A DNA stretch of 53,251 nt from Minisyncoccia bacterium (GTDB lineage Bacteria; Patescibacteriota; Minisyncoccia; Phycocordibacterales; PALSA-1337), in contig JBIIIW010000002.1 of assembly GCA_044234345.1 (NCBI GenBank), forward strand, positions 1 to 53,251. Reading direction: 5' to 3'. Both the position numbers and the translations under genes were made by a program. The stretch's first letter is position 1; every line of letters starts with the position of its first letter. The notes under the pieces were generated by a model, which saw nothing but the letters and a program-made list of their open reading frames with translations, did no database searches and had not been told where the DNA came from. Shown here one piece after another: positions 1-9,483 of this stretch.

Positions 1-753
1 GTATCAAGTGATGACGGACTATATAGATCATTAAACAATGAGATAGTGTGGAATAGTATTACGACTAAAGATTTAAGTAATATAGAAGCGGGGGGTAGTG
101 GAAGAGTAAGTTTTTCAATAACACCTAGAGACATGAGTAGCTCACAGAAAGCAATTACAAATCCAGATCTAAAGTTTGATGTAAGTATTAGTGGAAAGAG
201 AAATTCAGAATCTAATGTGCCAGAGAAGATTGTCTCAACAGCAAGAAGGAATGTAAAAGTATCATCAGATATTGCATTTGGAGGACAGGTATTACGTTCA
301 TCAGGTCCATTTACAAATACAGGGCCTGTTCCACCAAAAGCTGATCAGTTAACTACATACACAGTTGTTTGGACAATTGATAATACAGTAAACAGTGCAA
401 ATAGTATTGAAGTAAAATCAAGTCTACCACCATATGTAAAGTGGATGGACAAGATAAGTCCAAACGATGAGGATATATCATATGATTCTGTAAGAGGAGA
501 GATCATATGGAATGCAGGAAGTATCGGAACTAACACCGCAGGAACAAACAAGAGGAAGCAGGTATCATTCCAAGTAGGTCTAAATCCAAGTGTTACGCAG
601 ATTGGCTCAAGTCCAATACTCGTAGAGCAGTCATACCTAACAGCAATCGATGACTTTACAGGTGAGTCATTAAAGAGTAATCTTGGTACATTGAATACAA
701 GATTTAGTACAGATTCGAGTTTTAAGGACGGAGATGATAGGGTAATACAATAA
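1..753 (+). CDS. C-terminal part of a larger secreted/surface protein; the 5' end lies upstream of the window
   Basis: Frame 1 is open from nt 1 to TAA at 751-753. The track ORF 46..753 only marks the first in-frame Met. No family recognised. glyQS starts 5 nt downstream. Confidence 0.6.
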   Translation, partial: VSSDDGLYRSLNNEIVWNSITTKDLSNIEAGGSGRVSFSITPRDMSSSQKAITNPDLKFDVSISGKRNSESNVPEKIVSTARRNVKVSSDIAFGGQVLRSSGPFTNTGPVPPKADQLTTYTVVWTIDNTVNSANSIEVKSSLPPYVKWMDKISPNDEDISYDSVRGEIIWNAGSIGTNTAGTNKRKQVSFQVGLNPSVTQIGSSPILVEQSYLTAIDDFTGESLKSNLGTLNTRFSTDSSFKDGDDRVIQ

Positions 754-758
754 CAATT

Positions 759-2081
759 ATGGCAAAAGAAGAGACAAAAATGGAGAAAATAATATCACTA
801 TGCAAGAGACGTGGATTTATATTCCAAGGATCTGAAGTATATGGTGGTTTAGCTGGTACATGGGACTTTGCTCATTTTGGACTAGAACTTAAGAACAATA
901 TTAAAGCTTTGTGGTGGAAGAGATTCGTGAAGGATAGATCAGATATCTATGGAGTAGATGCAGCTATTCTAATGAATCAGAATGTATGGAAGGCTAGTGG
1001 TCACGTAGGAGGATTCTCTGATCCTTTGGTTGAGTGTAAGAAGTGTAAGCATAGATTCCGTGCAGACCAATTAGAAGATCCTAAGAAGTGTCCTGATTGC
1101 GAAGGCCAACTAGGAGAAGCAAGACAATTCAATATGATGTTTAAGACAAGTGTAGGACCACTTGAGAATGATGATTCAATATCATATCTAAGACCTGAGA
1201 CAGCACAGGGTATGTTTGTTAACTTTAAGAACGTATTAGACAGCATTCACCCAACACTTCCTTTCGGTCTAGCTCAGATAGGTAAGGCATTTAGAAATGA
1301 AATTGCTCCAAGAGACTTCATATTCCGTTCAAGAGAATTTGAGCAGATGGAAATTGAGTATTTTGTTAAGCCTACAGAGTGGAAACAAACATTTGAAGAT
1401 TTCGTAAAAGAGATTCATAGCTTTACTAATGATATCGGTTTGGACAAGAGTCATGTACATGAGCTTGAGATACCAGACGGAGACCGCGCCCACTATTCAA
1501 AGCGTACAATAGACTTCGAATTTGATTTTCCTTTCGGTAAGAAGGAGCTATACGGACTTGCATACAGAACAGATTTCGATCTTAAGGCACATGCTGAAGC
1601 AAGTAAGGTAGATTTGTCATACTATGATGAGGAGACAAAAGAGAGATATATACCACACTGTATAGAGCCATCATTTGGAGTAGAGAGAACAGTACTTGCT
1701 GTGCTATCAGATGCATACACTGAAGATGTTATCGATGGTGAGACAAGAGTATATCTAAAGTTTTCCCCAAAGGTTGCACCTGTTAAGGTTGCAGTATTTC
1801 CTCTACTTAAGAACAAACCAGCTCTAGTTGAAAAGGCAAAGGAGGTATATCAATTACTAAAGAAAGATATTTCAGGAGTGGTATTTGATGATAACGGAAA
1901 CATAGGAAAGAGATACAGAAGACAAGATGAAATTGGTACACCATATTGTGTTACTGTAGACTTCGATACAATCGAGAAGGGAGAGGGAGTTACTGTTAGA
2001 AACAGAGATACTGGAAAACAAGATAGGATAAAGATTGAGGAGTTAGTAGAATATTTCAATCAACGTATACTGCGTGGTTAG
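759..2081 (+). CDS. glyQS: Glycine--tRNA ligase (class II, homodimeric GlyQS type)
   Basis: 440 aa. N-terminus KIISLCKRRGFIFQGSEVYGGLAGTWDF, plus RPETAQGMFVNF and GVERTVLAV, are typical GlyQS motifs. Confidence 0.95.
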   Translation: MAKEETKMEKIISLCKRRGFIFQGSEVYGGLAGTWDFAHFGLELKNNIKALWWKRFVKDRSDIYGVDAAILMNQNVWKASGHVGGFSDPLVECKKCKHRFRADQLEDPKKCPDCEGQLGEARQFNMMFKTSVGPLENDDSISYLRPETAQGMFVNFKNVLDSIHPTLPFGLAQIGKAFRNEIAPRDFIFRSREFEQMEIEYFVKPTEWKQTFEDFVKEIHSFTNDIGLDKSHVHELEIPDGDRAHYSKRTIDFEFDFPFGKKELYGLAYRTDFDLKAHAEASKVDLSYYDEETKERYIPHCIEPSFGVERTVLAVLSDAYTEDVIDGETRVYLKFSPKVAPVKVAVFPLLKNKPALVEKAKEVYQLLKKDISGVVFDDNGNIGKRYRRQDEIGTPYCVTVDFDTIEKGEGVTVRNRDTGKQDRIKIEELVEYFNQRILRG

Positions 2082-2193
2082 TATCTTACCTGTGACAACA
2101 TAAAGCAGCCTCTTTGGTCTATATTTAATTATATTTACTAATAGTGATTGACTAACAATCCCAGTCGGTGGCTTTTTCTTTTACCCCCAATTC

Positions 2194-2202
2194 TGCTAGA
2201 AT
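2194..2202 (+). promoter_or_regulatory. Extended -10 promoter element TGCTAGAAT
   Basis: TGn+TAGAAT ends 6 nt before the ATG at 2209. No SD-like purine tract lies between them. Confidence 0.5.
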
Positions 2203-2208
2203 CAAGCT

Positions 2209-3480
2209 ATGAAATTCAACCAAACAAGACTAGATAACGGACTTAGGATAGTTACTGTACCAATGGAGGATAATCCTGCAGTTACTGTACTTGTAATGGT
2301 TGAGACTGGCTCAAAGTACGAATCAAAGAATACTAATGGGCTATCACACTTCTTGGAGCACATGATGTTTAAAGGTACTACAAAAAGACCTACTGCTATG
2401 GATATAACCAAAGAACTGGATTCATTAGGAGCACATTACAATGCATTTACAGGACAAGAATATACTGGATATTATGCAAAGGTTAGTAAAGAAAAGATTG
2501 ATAGTGCTCTAGATATTGTGTCAGACATATATCTAGATCCATTACTAAACGAGAAGGAAATAGAGAAAGAGAAAGGAGTAATTATCGAAGAAATACGAAT
2601 GTATCAAGATCTACCACACAGACATATTCATGATGTGTTTCTAAGTCTTGTATATGGAGATCAACCAGCTGGATGGAATGTTGCAGGAACAGAGGATACA
2701 GTAAAGAGTTTTAAGAGAGAAGATTTTAAGAAGTATCTCGAAGAGCACTACGTAGCTGAAGCTACTACTGTAGTTGTTTCTGGATCATTCAATGAACAAG
2801 AAGTGATTGAGAAGATAAAGGGGAAGTTTAGTAATATCTCAACTTCAAAGAACCAACCAAAACTTAAGGTAATAGAGGAGCAGAGTAGTCCTCGTATTGT
2901 TTTGAAGTTTAAAGAAACAGATCAGGCTCATATAGTACTTGGTGTAAGATCATATGATGCAAGAAGTACTAACGACTCTACAATATCAGTACTAGCTACT
3001 CTTCTTGGTGGTGGTATGAGTTCTCGCTTGTTCCAGAAACTTAGAGAAGAAATGGGAGTTGGATACTATGTAAGAGCAAATCAAGACTCATATACAGATC
3101 ACGGTATACTAGCTATATCTACTGGAATAGATACAAAAAGAATTGATGAAGTGATATCTACTTTGATATCAGAATGCAAGAAAATAGTTAATGAAGACAT
3201 TACAGAGGAAGAGTTGAACAGAGTTAAGGACTATATGTCAGGATCATTCATCCTAGGACTTGAAACGTCTGATTCAAGAGCTGAATATTGCGCTATAAAC
3301 CAAATACTGAAGGGCAGTATAGATACACCACAGACAGAGATTGATAAGATAAGGAAGGTTACTGTGGAGGATATAAAGAAAGTGGCTCGTGATATCTTTG
3401 TTGATGAAAAGCTAAATATGGCTATAATTGGTCCATACAAGGATGAAGCTCGATTTGCTAAGCTATTAACTTTTAAATAA
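2209..3480 (+). CDS. M16 (pitrilysin) family zinc peptidase
   Basis: 423 aa with the inverted zinc motif HFLEHMMFKGT (HxxEH) near the N-terminus. Confidence 0.9.
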   Translation: MKFNQTRLDNGLRIVTVPMEDNPAVTVLVMVETGSKYESKNTNGLSHFLEHMMFKGTTKRPTAMDITKELDSLGAHYNAFTGQEYTGYYAKVSKEKIDSALDIVSDIYLDPLLNEKEIEKEKGVIIEEIRMYQDLPHRHIHDVFLSLVYGDQPAGWNVAGTEDTVKSFKREDFKKYLEEHYVAEATTVVVSGSFNEQEVIEKIKGKFSNISTSKNQPKLKVIEEQSSPRIVLKFKETDQAHIVLGVRSYDARSTNDSTISVLATLLGGGMSSRLFQKLREEMGVGYYVRANQDSYTDHGILAISTGIDTKRIDEVISTLISECKKIVNEDITEEELNRVKDYMSGSFILGLETSDSRAEYCAINQILKGSIDTPQTEIDKIRKVTVEDIKKVARDIFVDEKLNMAIIGPYKDEARFAKLLTFK

Positions 3481-4919
3481 TGAAAAGATATTACATAACA
3501 ACAACACTTCCTTACCTAAACGCTGAGCTTCATCTCGGTCACGCTATCGAATTCATTCGTGCTGATGTTATAGCTCGCACAAAGAAACTACAAGGTTATG
3601 ATGTATTCTTCAATACTGGTACAGATGAACATGGAATTAAGATATACAGAAATGCTCAAGCAGTAGGACAAGCACCTCAAGACTATGTTGATGGATTAGC
3701 TGTTAAGTTTGTTGAACTCTTACCTCTATTAGGTCTTTCAAAAGATATTAATGTAATACGTACTACAGACGAGCGTCATAAAAAAGCTGCACAAGAGTTT
3801 TGGAAGTTGTGTAAGGATAACGGATATATCTACAAGAAGAATTACAAGATAAAGTATTGTGTTGGATGTGAGCTCGAGAAAACTGAAAGTGAACTAGTAG
3901 AGGGTAAGTGTTCAATACACCCACTTATGATAATCGAGGAGATTGAAGAAGAAAACTATTTCTTCAAGTTCAGTGAATTACAAAAACCACTTTTGAAGTT
4001 GTACGAGAACAATCCTAAGTTAGTAGTTCCTGACTTTAGATTCAATGAGATCAAAGCATTTGTAGAAAGGGGATTACAAGACTTCAGTATATCTAGACTG
4101 AAGAGTAAGATGCCATGGGGAGTAGAAGTACCTGATGATAGTGAACATGTAATGTATGTATGGTTTGATGCTCTAGTTAGCTATATATCTACACTAGGAT
4201 GGCCAGAGAACAAACAATCATTTGAGGATTGGTGGGTTAAGTCTGAAAATGTAGTTCAATATTGTGGTAAGGATAACCTTAGACAACAGAGTGCAATGTG
4301 GCAGGCAATGTTAATTGCTGCAGGATTACCAAACTCAAGACAAATAGTCATTGATGGTTTTGTTACTGGAGAGGGAGGAGTGAAGATGAGTAAGTCACTT
4401 GGAAACGTTGTAAGTCCACTAGAGGTGATAAAGGAATATGGTACTGATGCACTAAGATACTTCCTTCTGAGAGAAGTGTCTCCTTTTGAAGACAGTCCAT
4501 TTACAATTGAGAGATTCAAGGAAGCATACAATGCTCATCTAGCTAACGGACTTGGAAATCTAGTTAGTAGAGTAATGAAGATGGCTGAGAGTAATGGAGT
4601 AACTCTAGATGAAAAAGCAGCACCAGCGTTAGATACTAATAAGTATATAGAGCTATATAATAACTTTGAGATAAATAGAGTATGTGATGACATCTGGAGT
4701 CATATACAGGATGTAGATAAGTTCATACAGGAATATCAGCCGTTTAAGACTGTAAAGACTGATGTAGAGAAAGGTAAGCAACAGATCTCATTCTGCCTAG
4801 CTTCGATATGGTACATAGCACAAGCACTAGAGCCAATACTTCCAGAGTCATCAATCATAATACAACAGGGAATTAAGTCAGGTAAGATGCCAGAGAAACC
4901 GCTATTTATGAGAAAGTAG
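3480..4919 (+). CDS. metG: Methionine--tRNA ligase (short form)
   Basis: 479 aa. Has the HLGH-type HIGH motif (LHLGHAIEF), KMSKS (KMSKSLGN) and a Cys knuckle CVGCE...KCSIH. The start overlaps the upstream stop (TAATG). Confidence 0.95.
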   Translation: MKRYYITTTLPYLNAELHLGHAIEFIRADVIARTKKLQGYDVFFNTGTDEHGIKIYRNAQAVGQAPQDYVDGLAVKFVELLPLLGLSKDINVIRTTDERHKKAAQEFWKLCKDNGYIYKKNYKIKYCVGCELEKTESELVEGKCSIHPLMIIEEIEEENYFFKFSELQKPLLKLYENNPKLVVPDFRFNEIKAFVERGLQDFSISRLKSKMPWGVEVPDDSEHVMYVWFDALVSYISTLGWPENKQSFEDWWVKSENVVQYCGKDNLRQQSAMWQAMLIAAGLPNSRQIVIDGFVTGEGGVKMSKSLGNVVSPLEVIKEYGTDALRYFLLREVSPFEDSPFTIERFKEAYNAHLANGLGNLVSRVMKMAESNGVTLDEKAAPALDTNKYIELYNNFEINRVCDDIWSHIQDVDKFIQEYQPFKTVKTDVEKGKQQISFCLASIWYIAQALEPILPESSIIIQQGIKSGKMPEKPLFMRK

Positions 4920-4920
4920 T

Positions 4921-5691
4921 ATGAAATATATTGATATACATTGTCATCTAAACTTAGATGAATACAATCTAGATATACAAGAGACAATTAAGAGAGCTAA
5001 TGATCTAGGAGTCGGTATGATTGTTGTTGGGGTGGATATAGAGAGTTCTAAGAGGGCTATAAAGATTGCTGAGGAAAATGAGAATATATGGGCTTGCATA
5101 GGATTGCACCCAGCTGATGATCCAAAGGAGGTATTTGATTTCGATATATACAGAAAACTTGCCGAGCATCCGAAGGTGGTTGCGATAGGGGAAACTGGAT
5201 TTGATTACTACCATATGCAAACCTCAGATACTGATAGACAGAGAGAAATATTTGAAAAGCATATAACTATCGCTAATGAAGTAAACAAACCATTAATGCT
5301 ACATATTAGAAATGGAGTAAATGGTGGAGATGCATATGGAGATGCAATTGCATCATTAAAGAAGCATGCGAAAGTCCATGGAGATGTGCATTTCTTTGCA
5401 GGTTCGCTAGAACAAGCTAAAGAATTCATTAATCTAGGTTTCAAAATATCATTTACCGGAGTTATTACCTTCACTCGTGACTATGATGAGGTAATACAGA
5501 ATATTCCACTTAATATGATAATGTCAGAGACTGACTCACCATTCGTTACTCCAGTACCATACAGAGGTCAGAGAAATGAACCTGGCTACGTTATAGAGGT
5601 TGTAAACAAAATTGCAGAGATTAGAGGGGAGGATATGGGTATGGTTAGGGAACAGTTGGTTAATAATGCTAAAACATTGTTTAAAATATAG
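4921..5691 (+). CDS. tatD: TatD family metal-dependent hydrolase/DNase
   Basis: 256 aa. N-terminal IDIHCHL, then GETGFDY and the SETDSPF motif, are typical of TatD/YcfH. Confidence 0.9.
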   Translation: MKYIDIHCHLNLDEYNLDIQETIKRANDLGVGMIVVGVDIESSKRAIKIAEENENIWACIGLHPADDPKEVFDFDIYRKLAEHPKVVAIGETGFDYYHMQTSDTDRQREIFEKHITIANEVNKPLMLHIRNGVNGGDAYGDAIASLKKHAKVHGDVHFFAGSLEQAKEFINLGFKISFTGVITFTRDYDEVIQNIPLNMIMSETDSPFVTPVPYRGQRNEPGYVIEVVNKIAEIRGEDMGMVREQLVNNAKTLFKI

Positions 5692-5750
5692 ATAAAATCC
5701 GAATAAAAATTTCATTTAGATTTTATCAAAATTTTATACGGATTTTATCT
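5692..5750 (+). repeat. 59-nt palindromic AT-rich intergenic repeat, copy 1
   Basis: ATAAAATCCGAATAAAAATTTCATTTAGATTTTATCAAAATTTTATACGGATTTTATCT. It is 57/59 identical to 6282-6340. Together with G5691, GATAAAATCC (5691-5700) pairs with GGATTTTATC (5740-5749), giving a roughly 25-bp imperfect hairpin. Confidence 0.85.
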
Positions 5751-5770
5751 TCGTCTGATATTGTTTGTAA

Positions 5771-6148
5771 ATGAAGGACTTATTACACGATCACCTAATT
5801 AATAAATACTACTGTGAATACAAGAATATTGGATCAGTACCATGTCCAGCGCTTGGAGGCGAGTACGTTTACTTTTTAAAAAGAGGCTTTAGACATTTAA
5901 TTTGGAAAGGTAACAAGCTTAGAGAAAGGAAAGAACAAATAATAAGGTTTGAGTTAATAAAATACGCCCCAACTATTTTGAGATCAAGTTCATCATTTAA
6001 GGACTATAATAAAAATAATATTGCGGATAAAGAAGTCAATTTCTGGTCATTCACAGGCAAGGTAGGTAATGATACGGTAATAGTTCTTGTTAGACAGATT
6101 AGGTCAGGACCAAAACATTTTTTTAGTATCATGAAGAGGGATAGATAG
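5771..6148 (+). CDS. Hypothetical protein, 125 aa, basic, no family recognised
   Basis: The ORF is bracketed by the two 59-nt repeat copies. TGATATTGT lies 6 nt upstream of the ATG, and a GC hairpin terminator follows. Confidence 0.5.
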   Translation: MKDLLHDHLINKYYCEYKNIGSVPCPALGGEYVYFLKRGFRHLIWKGNKLRERKEQIIRFELIKYAPTILRSSSSFKDYNKNNIADKEVNFWSFTGKVGNDTVIVLVRQIRSGPKHFFSIMKRDR

Positions 6149-6151
6149 CAC

Positions 6152-6176
6152 AAAGCCCCATAAAGGGGCTTTGATA
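6152..6176 (+). terminator. Rho-independent terminator
   Basis: AAAGCCCC / GGGGCTTT stem with a 5-nt loop, directly after the stop at 6148. Confidence 0.7.
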
Positions 6177-6281
6177 TTGTTTACCATCAGCTACAATGCC
6201 GATTATATCAACTTGGAGTGCAACTCCCAATGACCGTAAACATTATTACTAATAATGATATCAATTTAGATATATAAGTCA

Positions 6282-6340
6282 ATAAAATCTAAATAAAAAT
6301 TTCATTTAGATTTTATCAAAATTTTATACGGATTTTATCT
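6282..6340 (+). repeat. 59-nt palindromic AT-rich intergenic repeat, copy 2
   Basis: Differs from copy 1 at 2 positions (CG to TA). Weaker similarity continues for about 19 nt on the 3' side (TTTGATA core). Confidence 0.85.
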
Positions 6341-6377
6341 CCCTTTGATACAGTTAGTACGCCAATCACCATGGCAT

Positions 6378-6514
6378 TTGAACTTTTGTTGGTTCTATGA
6401 TAATCTGCGTGTACGTGCAAATTATCAACTAAATATGTGAACAGTCCTGACTCGCACGGGTCACGCTTTACTTAGGGTAAATTACTGTCACTATTGCCGA
6501 AAAGGCATAAAGAA
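6378..6514 (+). promoter_or_regulatory. rpsF promoter (TTGAAC-N17-TGaTAATCT) plus a roughly 100-nt 5' leader
   Basis: -35 TTGAAC is at 6378-6383 and the extended -10 TGATAATCT at 6398-6406. The leader that follows holds GC-rich complementary segments (CTGCGTG...CGCACGG). This is unusual here because most other genes have almost no leader. Confidence 0.4.
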
Positions 6515-6982
6515 ATGAAGGACAATATGAAAGAAGAGAGAACTCAGGTGTATGAGATTGGATACTTACTAGTATCATCAATACCTGAAGAGAAGGTTGC
6601 TGATGAGGCAGCTAAGCTAAAGGCTATCCTTACAAAGAAGGGAGCTCTATTTATCGGAGAGGAGGCACCAGAACTTAGAACACTAGCTTACACTATGGTT
6701 AAGAAGATTGGTCCTGCTAACCACAGATTCGATAAGGGATATTTCGGATGGTATAAGTTTGAACTTACATCAAACGAGATAGAGAGTGTTAAGAAGTCAT
6801 TTGAAGAGAATATCAACATGCTTCGTATGTTAGTAATAAACACAATCAAGGAGAATACTTATCTTGGAAAGAAATCTTCAATTCCAACTCCAGAAGTTAC
6901 AGCTGATTCAGTTGCAGAGGTAGTTCCTGCAGTTGCTGTAGAAGAGGTAGAGAAGGCAGATGCTATGGTGAAAGAGGCGTAG
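6515..6982 (+). CDS. rpsF: 30S ribosomal protein S6
   Basis: YEIGYLL...LRTLAYTM...GYFGWYKF...MLRMLVI matches the S6 pattern. The track start at 6494 is TTG; the first ATG is 6515, with an alternative at 6527. Operon context is rpsF-ssb-rpsR. Confidence 0.85.
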   Translation: MKDNMKEERTQVYEIGYLLVSSIPEEKVADEAAKLKAILTKKGALFIGEEAPELRTLAYTMVKKIGPANHRFDKGYFGWYKFELTSNEIESVKKSFEENINMLRMLVINTIKENTYLGKKSSIPTPEVTADSVAEVVPAVAVEEVEKADAMVKEA

Positions 6983-7019
6983 TTTACAAATCTAATTATT
7001 GCGTTAATTCGCTAAAAAT

Positions 7020-7466
7020 ATGTATTTAAACAAAGCACTTATCATAGGTAATATCGTACGAGATCCAGAAATGAAAGCATTACCAGGAGGATCAAAAGTT
7101 TGTTCTTTCAGTGTTGCGACCAATAGAGTTTGGAAGGACAAGAATGGGGCAAAGCAAGAGTCAGCTGACTATCACAATATAGTGGTATTCGGAAGACAAG
7201 CTGAAACTGTTGGACAATACATGAAGAAAGGCTCTAATGTCCTAATAGACGGTAGAATACAGACAAGATCATGGGATGCTCCAGATGGACAGAAGAAGTA
7301 CAGAACCGAGATAATTGCAGAGAGAGTACAGTTTGGAAGTAGATCAGCCGGAGTATCTAGTGCACCAACTAAGGATGTACCAGATAACACACAAAAGGAT
7401 GTTCCACCAGCAGATACCATCGATTACCCAGAAGAAGAGATTAACCCAGATGATATACCTTTTTAG
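7020..7466 (+). CDS. ssb: Single-stranded DNA-binding protein
   Basis: 148 aa with an OB-fold N-terminus (LNKALIIGNIVRDPE...YHNIVVFGRQAE) and the canonical acidic tail ending DDIPF. Confidence 0.95.
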   Translation: MYLNKALIIGNIVRDPEMKALPGGSKVCSFSVATNRVWKDKNGAKQESADYHNIVVFGRQAETVGQYMKKGSNVLIDGRIQTRSWDAPDGQKKYRTEIIAERVQFGSRSAGVSSAPTKDVPDNTQKDVPPADTIDYPEEEINPDDIPF

Positions 7467-7492
7467 TCAAAATTATTAATTAAAACAAAAAT

Positions 7493-7696
7493 ATGAACAA
7501 ACAGTGTTACTTTTCAGAGAACAATATAAGACATATAGATTATAAGGATACAGAGATACTTAAGAAGTTTCTTAATCCTCATGCTCGTATGATCAGTCGT
7601 AAGAAGTCAGGAGTAAGTGCTAAGAGTCAAAGACAGCTATCAATCGCTGTTAAGAGAGCTCGATTCATGGGACTACTACCTTACGTAGCTAGATAA
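7493..7696 (+). CDS. rpsR: 30S ribosomal protein S18
   Basis: 67 aa. IDYKD...LKKFL...ISRKKSGVSAKSQRQLSIAVKRARFMGLLPY is typical S18. Confidence 0.95.
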   Translation: MNKQCYFSENNIRHIDYKDTEILKKFLNPHARMISRKKSGVSAKSQRQLSIAVKRARFMGLLPYVAR

Positions 7697-7708
7697 ATAA
7701 GACAAATA

Positions 7709-7740
7709 AAAAGAGCGTGTATTACTACACGCTCTTTTTA
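7709..7740. terminator. Bidirectional hairpin terminator between convergent rpsR and efp
   Basis: AAAAGAGCGTGT / ACACGCTCTTTT stem, flanked by A and T runs on both sides. Confidence 0.75.
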
Positions 7741-7741
7741 T

Positions 7742-8320
7742 TTATTTACCAACTCTATCCTTATACTCTCCAGTTTCAGTATTAACTCGTATAACATCAC
7801 CTTCCATCACGAATAGTGGGGCACTAATACTAACTCCTGTCTCAAGTACGATAGTCTTGTTACCTCCAGTAGCACTATCACCCTTAATGTTTGGTGGAGC
7901 CTCTGTAACCTTAAGCTCAGCTAGTATTGGAACCTTAAAACCAGTAGTTTTGTCTCCAAATTGTAGTTGAGATATTACAGCATTTAGCTTCATAAACCTG
8001 ATCTGAGTACCGATCTCATCCTCTGTAAAGCTAAATCTCTTACTAGGATCAGTAGGTAGACAGAACCAGTATTCCTTCTTTGCTGTATTAGCATAAAGGT
8101 ACTTAATCTCTCTACTCTCAATCTCAGCTTCCTCTACCTTCTCTGATACATGGAATGAATACTCAGTTACTTTTTTAGTAATTAGATTCTTCAACTTAGT
8201 AGCATTAACAGGCTTTCTCTGTTGCTTACGGAATACGTGTGAACTAACAACTTCGTACGGTTGTCCATCAAGAACAATATATTTTCGCTCTACAATTTCA
8301 TTATATTCTAACATTGACAT
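7742..8320 (-). CDS. efp: Elongation factor P with a non-canonical beta3-beta4 loop
   Basis: 192 aa. Overall EF-P pattern (YIVLDGQPYEVV...TKLKNL...). The loop reads RKQQRKP where KPGKGQA is expected. Confidence 0.85.
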   Translation of the reverse strand: MSMLEYNEIVERKYIVLDGQPYEVVSSHVFRKQQRKPVNATKLKNLITKKVTEYSFHVSEKVEEAEIESREIKYLYANTAKKEYWFCLPTDPSKRFSFTEDEIGTQIRFMKLNAVISQLQFGDKTTGFKVPILAELKVTEAPPNIKGDSATGGNKTIVLETGVSISAPLFVMEGDVIRVNTETGEYKDRVGK

Positions 8321-8340
8321 AGTGGTCTTATCTTACACAA

Positions 8341-9405
8341 TTATTTTACTTCTGCAAGCTGAGCCCTGATCTTACCAAGTATCTCAGATCTAATAGATTC
8401 ATTCTCCTTAAGGAATTGACGTGTAGCATCATATCCACGTCCTAGCTTAACTTCTCCATATGCATATGAAGTACCAGACTTAGATATGATAGCCATCTTC
8501 TCTCCAAGAGCAATGATTTCTCCTTCTTGAGATATACCTTCGTTGTACATTAGATCAAACTCTGTCTGTCTAAATGGAGCAGCAACCTTGTTCTTAACCA
8601 CCTTAACTCTAACTCTTCCTCCCATTATCTCCTCACCCTTCTTTATCTGAGCAATTCTACGGATATCTAGACGAACAGAGGTATAGAACTTAAGAGCCTT
8701 TCCTCCAGGAGTAGTCTCTGGGTTACCAAACATAACACCAATCTGCATACGTATCTGGTTAATGAATATCACCACAGTCTTTGACTTAGCAACAATACTT
8801 GTAAGCTTACGAAGTGCTTGTGACATTAGTCTAGCTTGCTTACCAACATGGTGAGCTCCCATATCACCCTCAATCTCATCCTTAGGTGTTAGAGCAGCGA
8901 CTGAGTCAACAACTATCACATCCATCTTTCCAGAGTTAACAAGACTCTCTACAATACCAAGAGCTTGTTCTCCAGATTCAGGTTGAGAGATGATGAGTTC
9001 ATCTGTCTTAACACCAAGCCTCTTAGCATACTCAGGGTCTAGTGCATGCTCAGCATCGATAAAGGCACATATACCACCTAGTTTCTGTGCTTCTGCAACG
9101 ATATGGAGTGACAGAGTAGTCTTGCCTGATGATTCAGGTCCAAATATCTCTATGATACGTCCACGAGGCATTCCACCTATTCCAAGAGCAGAATCAAGCC
9201 CTATAGAGCCTGTTGGTATGGCATTAACATTAACCTTTGGCTTGTCACCAAGCTTCATGATTGACTCATCACCAAATTTAGAACGTATAGCATCTAGAGT
9301 AGAGCCAATACTTAAAGTTGGATCAATACTTTTAACCTCTTTTTTCTCTTCAACTTCCACAACATCATCTGTTTTCTTCACCTTTTCCTTTGATTTTTTT
9401 GTCAT
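8341..9405 (-). CDS. recA: Recombinase RecA
   Basis: 354 aa. Walker [10 protein letters not shown], plus [11 protein letters not shown] and the [23 protein letters not shown] motifs. Confidence 0.97.
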   Translation of the reverse strand: MTKKSKEKVKKTDDVVEVEEKKEVKSIDPTLSIGSTLDAIRSKFGDESIMKLGDKPKVNVNAIPTGSIGLDSALGIGGMPRGRIIEIFGPESSGKTTLSLHIVAEAQKLGGICAFIDAEHALDPEYAKRLGVKTDELIISQPESGEQALGIVESLVNSGKMDVIVVDSVAALTPKDEIEGDMGAHHVGKQARLMSQALRKLTSIVAKSKTVVIFINQIRMQIGVMFGNPETTPGGKALKFYTSVRLDIRRIAQIKKGEEIMGGRVRVKVVKNKVAAPFRQTEFDLMYNEGISQEGEIIALGEKMAIISKSGTSYAYGEVKLGRGYDATRQFLKENESIRSEILGKIRAQLAEVK

Positions 9406-9483
9406 ATACAGTATTTCTATTAATTAATATTATAATGGCTCATTAAATTAATGAGAGGGTACTGATATTATTATATCAAGTAT

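Noticed and set aside
5692-6340. Whether the AT-rich repeats form a CRISPR array.
   Set aside because: There are only two full copies, 590 bp apart, enclosing a gene and a terminator. There is no regular short spacer-repeat periodicity and no cas genes.
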